DNA from: Vicugna vicugna
Lineage: Eukaryota
DNA length: 64,000 bases
Direction: 5' to 3'
Assembly: GCA_013265495.1 (NCBI GenBank)
Contig: MU058418.1
Location: 1,638,917-1,702,916 of the forward strand
Each line of letters opens with the position of its first letter. The stretch's first letter is position 1. Positions 63,101 through 64,000 of this stretch are shown here, in pieces. The position numbers and the translations under genes were made by a program. The notes under the pieces are model-generated. The model made no database searches, had not been told where the DNA came from, and saw only the letters and a program-made list of their open reading frames with translations.

Positions 63101-64000
63101 TCTGAAAAGGAAGCAGGGATGGGAGAGAGTTAAAAACACAGTTGAGGGGGATTATTTCATGGCCATACACTGCAACATGACTGTGGCTGGGATTTCATAA
63201 ATGCACGTGTACCACCAGCCCAATGGAGGACTTTGAAAGAATACAGATGGCTGAGCTCACCTAGGAACCATGACTGGGAAAACAACTAACTGAAAACACA
63301 TGGCCTATTGATACCAGGTATTATCTTCTAACATGAAAACCTCAGTTACAGGACTGGAGATTATTATTTGAATTGCTAGTCTTCAGCTACAGCACTAATG
63401 AAAATTATTTAAGCAACAATAACAATTCTCCCTTTTTTCACAAAAGAAATAATTTAGTTTGGCAGGTCTCTTATTTTTATGATATCCCTTTTTATTATAT
63501 TTAAGTACACTTCTTTAATAGATTACTCACAAAAGTATCAGACTGAAGGTTTTTGGGGTGGTGATTGGGGTTGAGAAAGGATGAGAGGGTTGAATTTAAT
63601 GTTCAGACTTTTAACTTCTCTGTCAAATCAGTTGTTAAATGTGGGAAAGTTATTATGAATTTATCATTATAGTTGTGCTACTCTATTCTTTGTGTAAATA
63701 TATGTCCCTTGGGGCAACGCCAGCAAATTACATCAGGTGTTTCGCTACAGTGATTAAATTAAAGCAGGAGTCCTTAGTGTCACTTCTTTGATTTCATTTT
63801 AACTTCTTAAAAACAAATGAAATGTTAACCATCTATATGACAAACTAGTATAAATTTTTAATAACATATCCTCAGTTTTCAGAGTGTGCATCACTTTAAA
63901 TTGAAAGATAAAAATAGCAGACATTTTACCATTTCTTCTCTCCAAGGACAACCCAGCATTCACCTGTGCAAGTACTTGTGCCACTAATAAGTAACCAATG

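Noticed and set aside
44300..64000. First exon of the long SESN1 isoform or another gene
   Set aside because: No matching ORF, second CpG island or credible exon chain found; that exon is presumably beyond the window.
1..64000. CRISPR array, operon or prokaryotic/viral system
   Set aside because: Intron-exon genes and mammalian interspersed repeats throughout; no regularly spaced repeat-spacer array or dense ORF cluster.

Overview
Mammalian genomic DNA, most likely a camelid (alpaca, vicuna or camel), judged from five insertions of a camelid-type tRNA-derived SINE. It holds two convergent genes. The last five coding exons of ARMC2 lie on the + strand (6209-15409, ending ...LEPLPVPSF*). The complete short-promoter (T2-type) form of SESN1 (sestrin-1) lies on the - strand: 10 coding exons from 43841 to 24763, summing to 1479 nt = 492 aa + stop, all introns GT-AG. 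SESN1 has a CpG-island promoter (~43.5-44.2 kb), a p53 response element in the following intron, and a ~1.05 kb 3'UTR rich in miRNA seed matches. A decayed ~5.2 kb L1 separates the two 3' ends. Sequence beyond 44.3 kb is AT-rich and non-coding, probably intron 1 of the long SESN1 isoform. I found no convincing new gene or new biological system. The best leads are: a SESN1 exon beginning with GTAAGT that regenerates its upstream donor (recursive-splice/NMD candidate); a SINE-L1 chimera and a SINE dimer, each inside a single target-site duplication (TSD); inverted SINE pairs bracketing in-frame exon blocks; and several palindromes. Repeat subfamily names are from recall and repeat boundaries are approximate.
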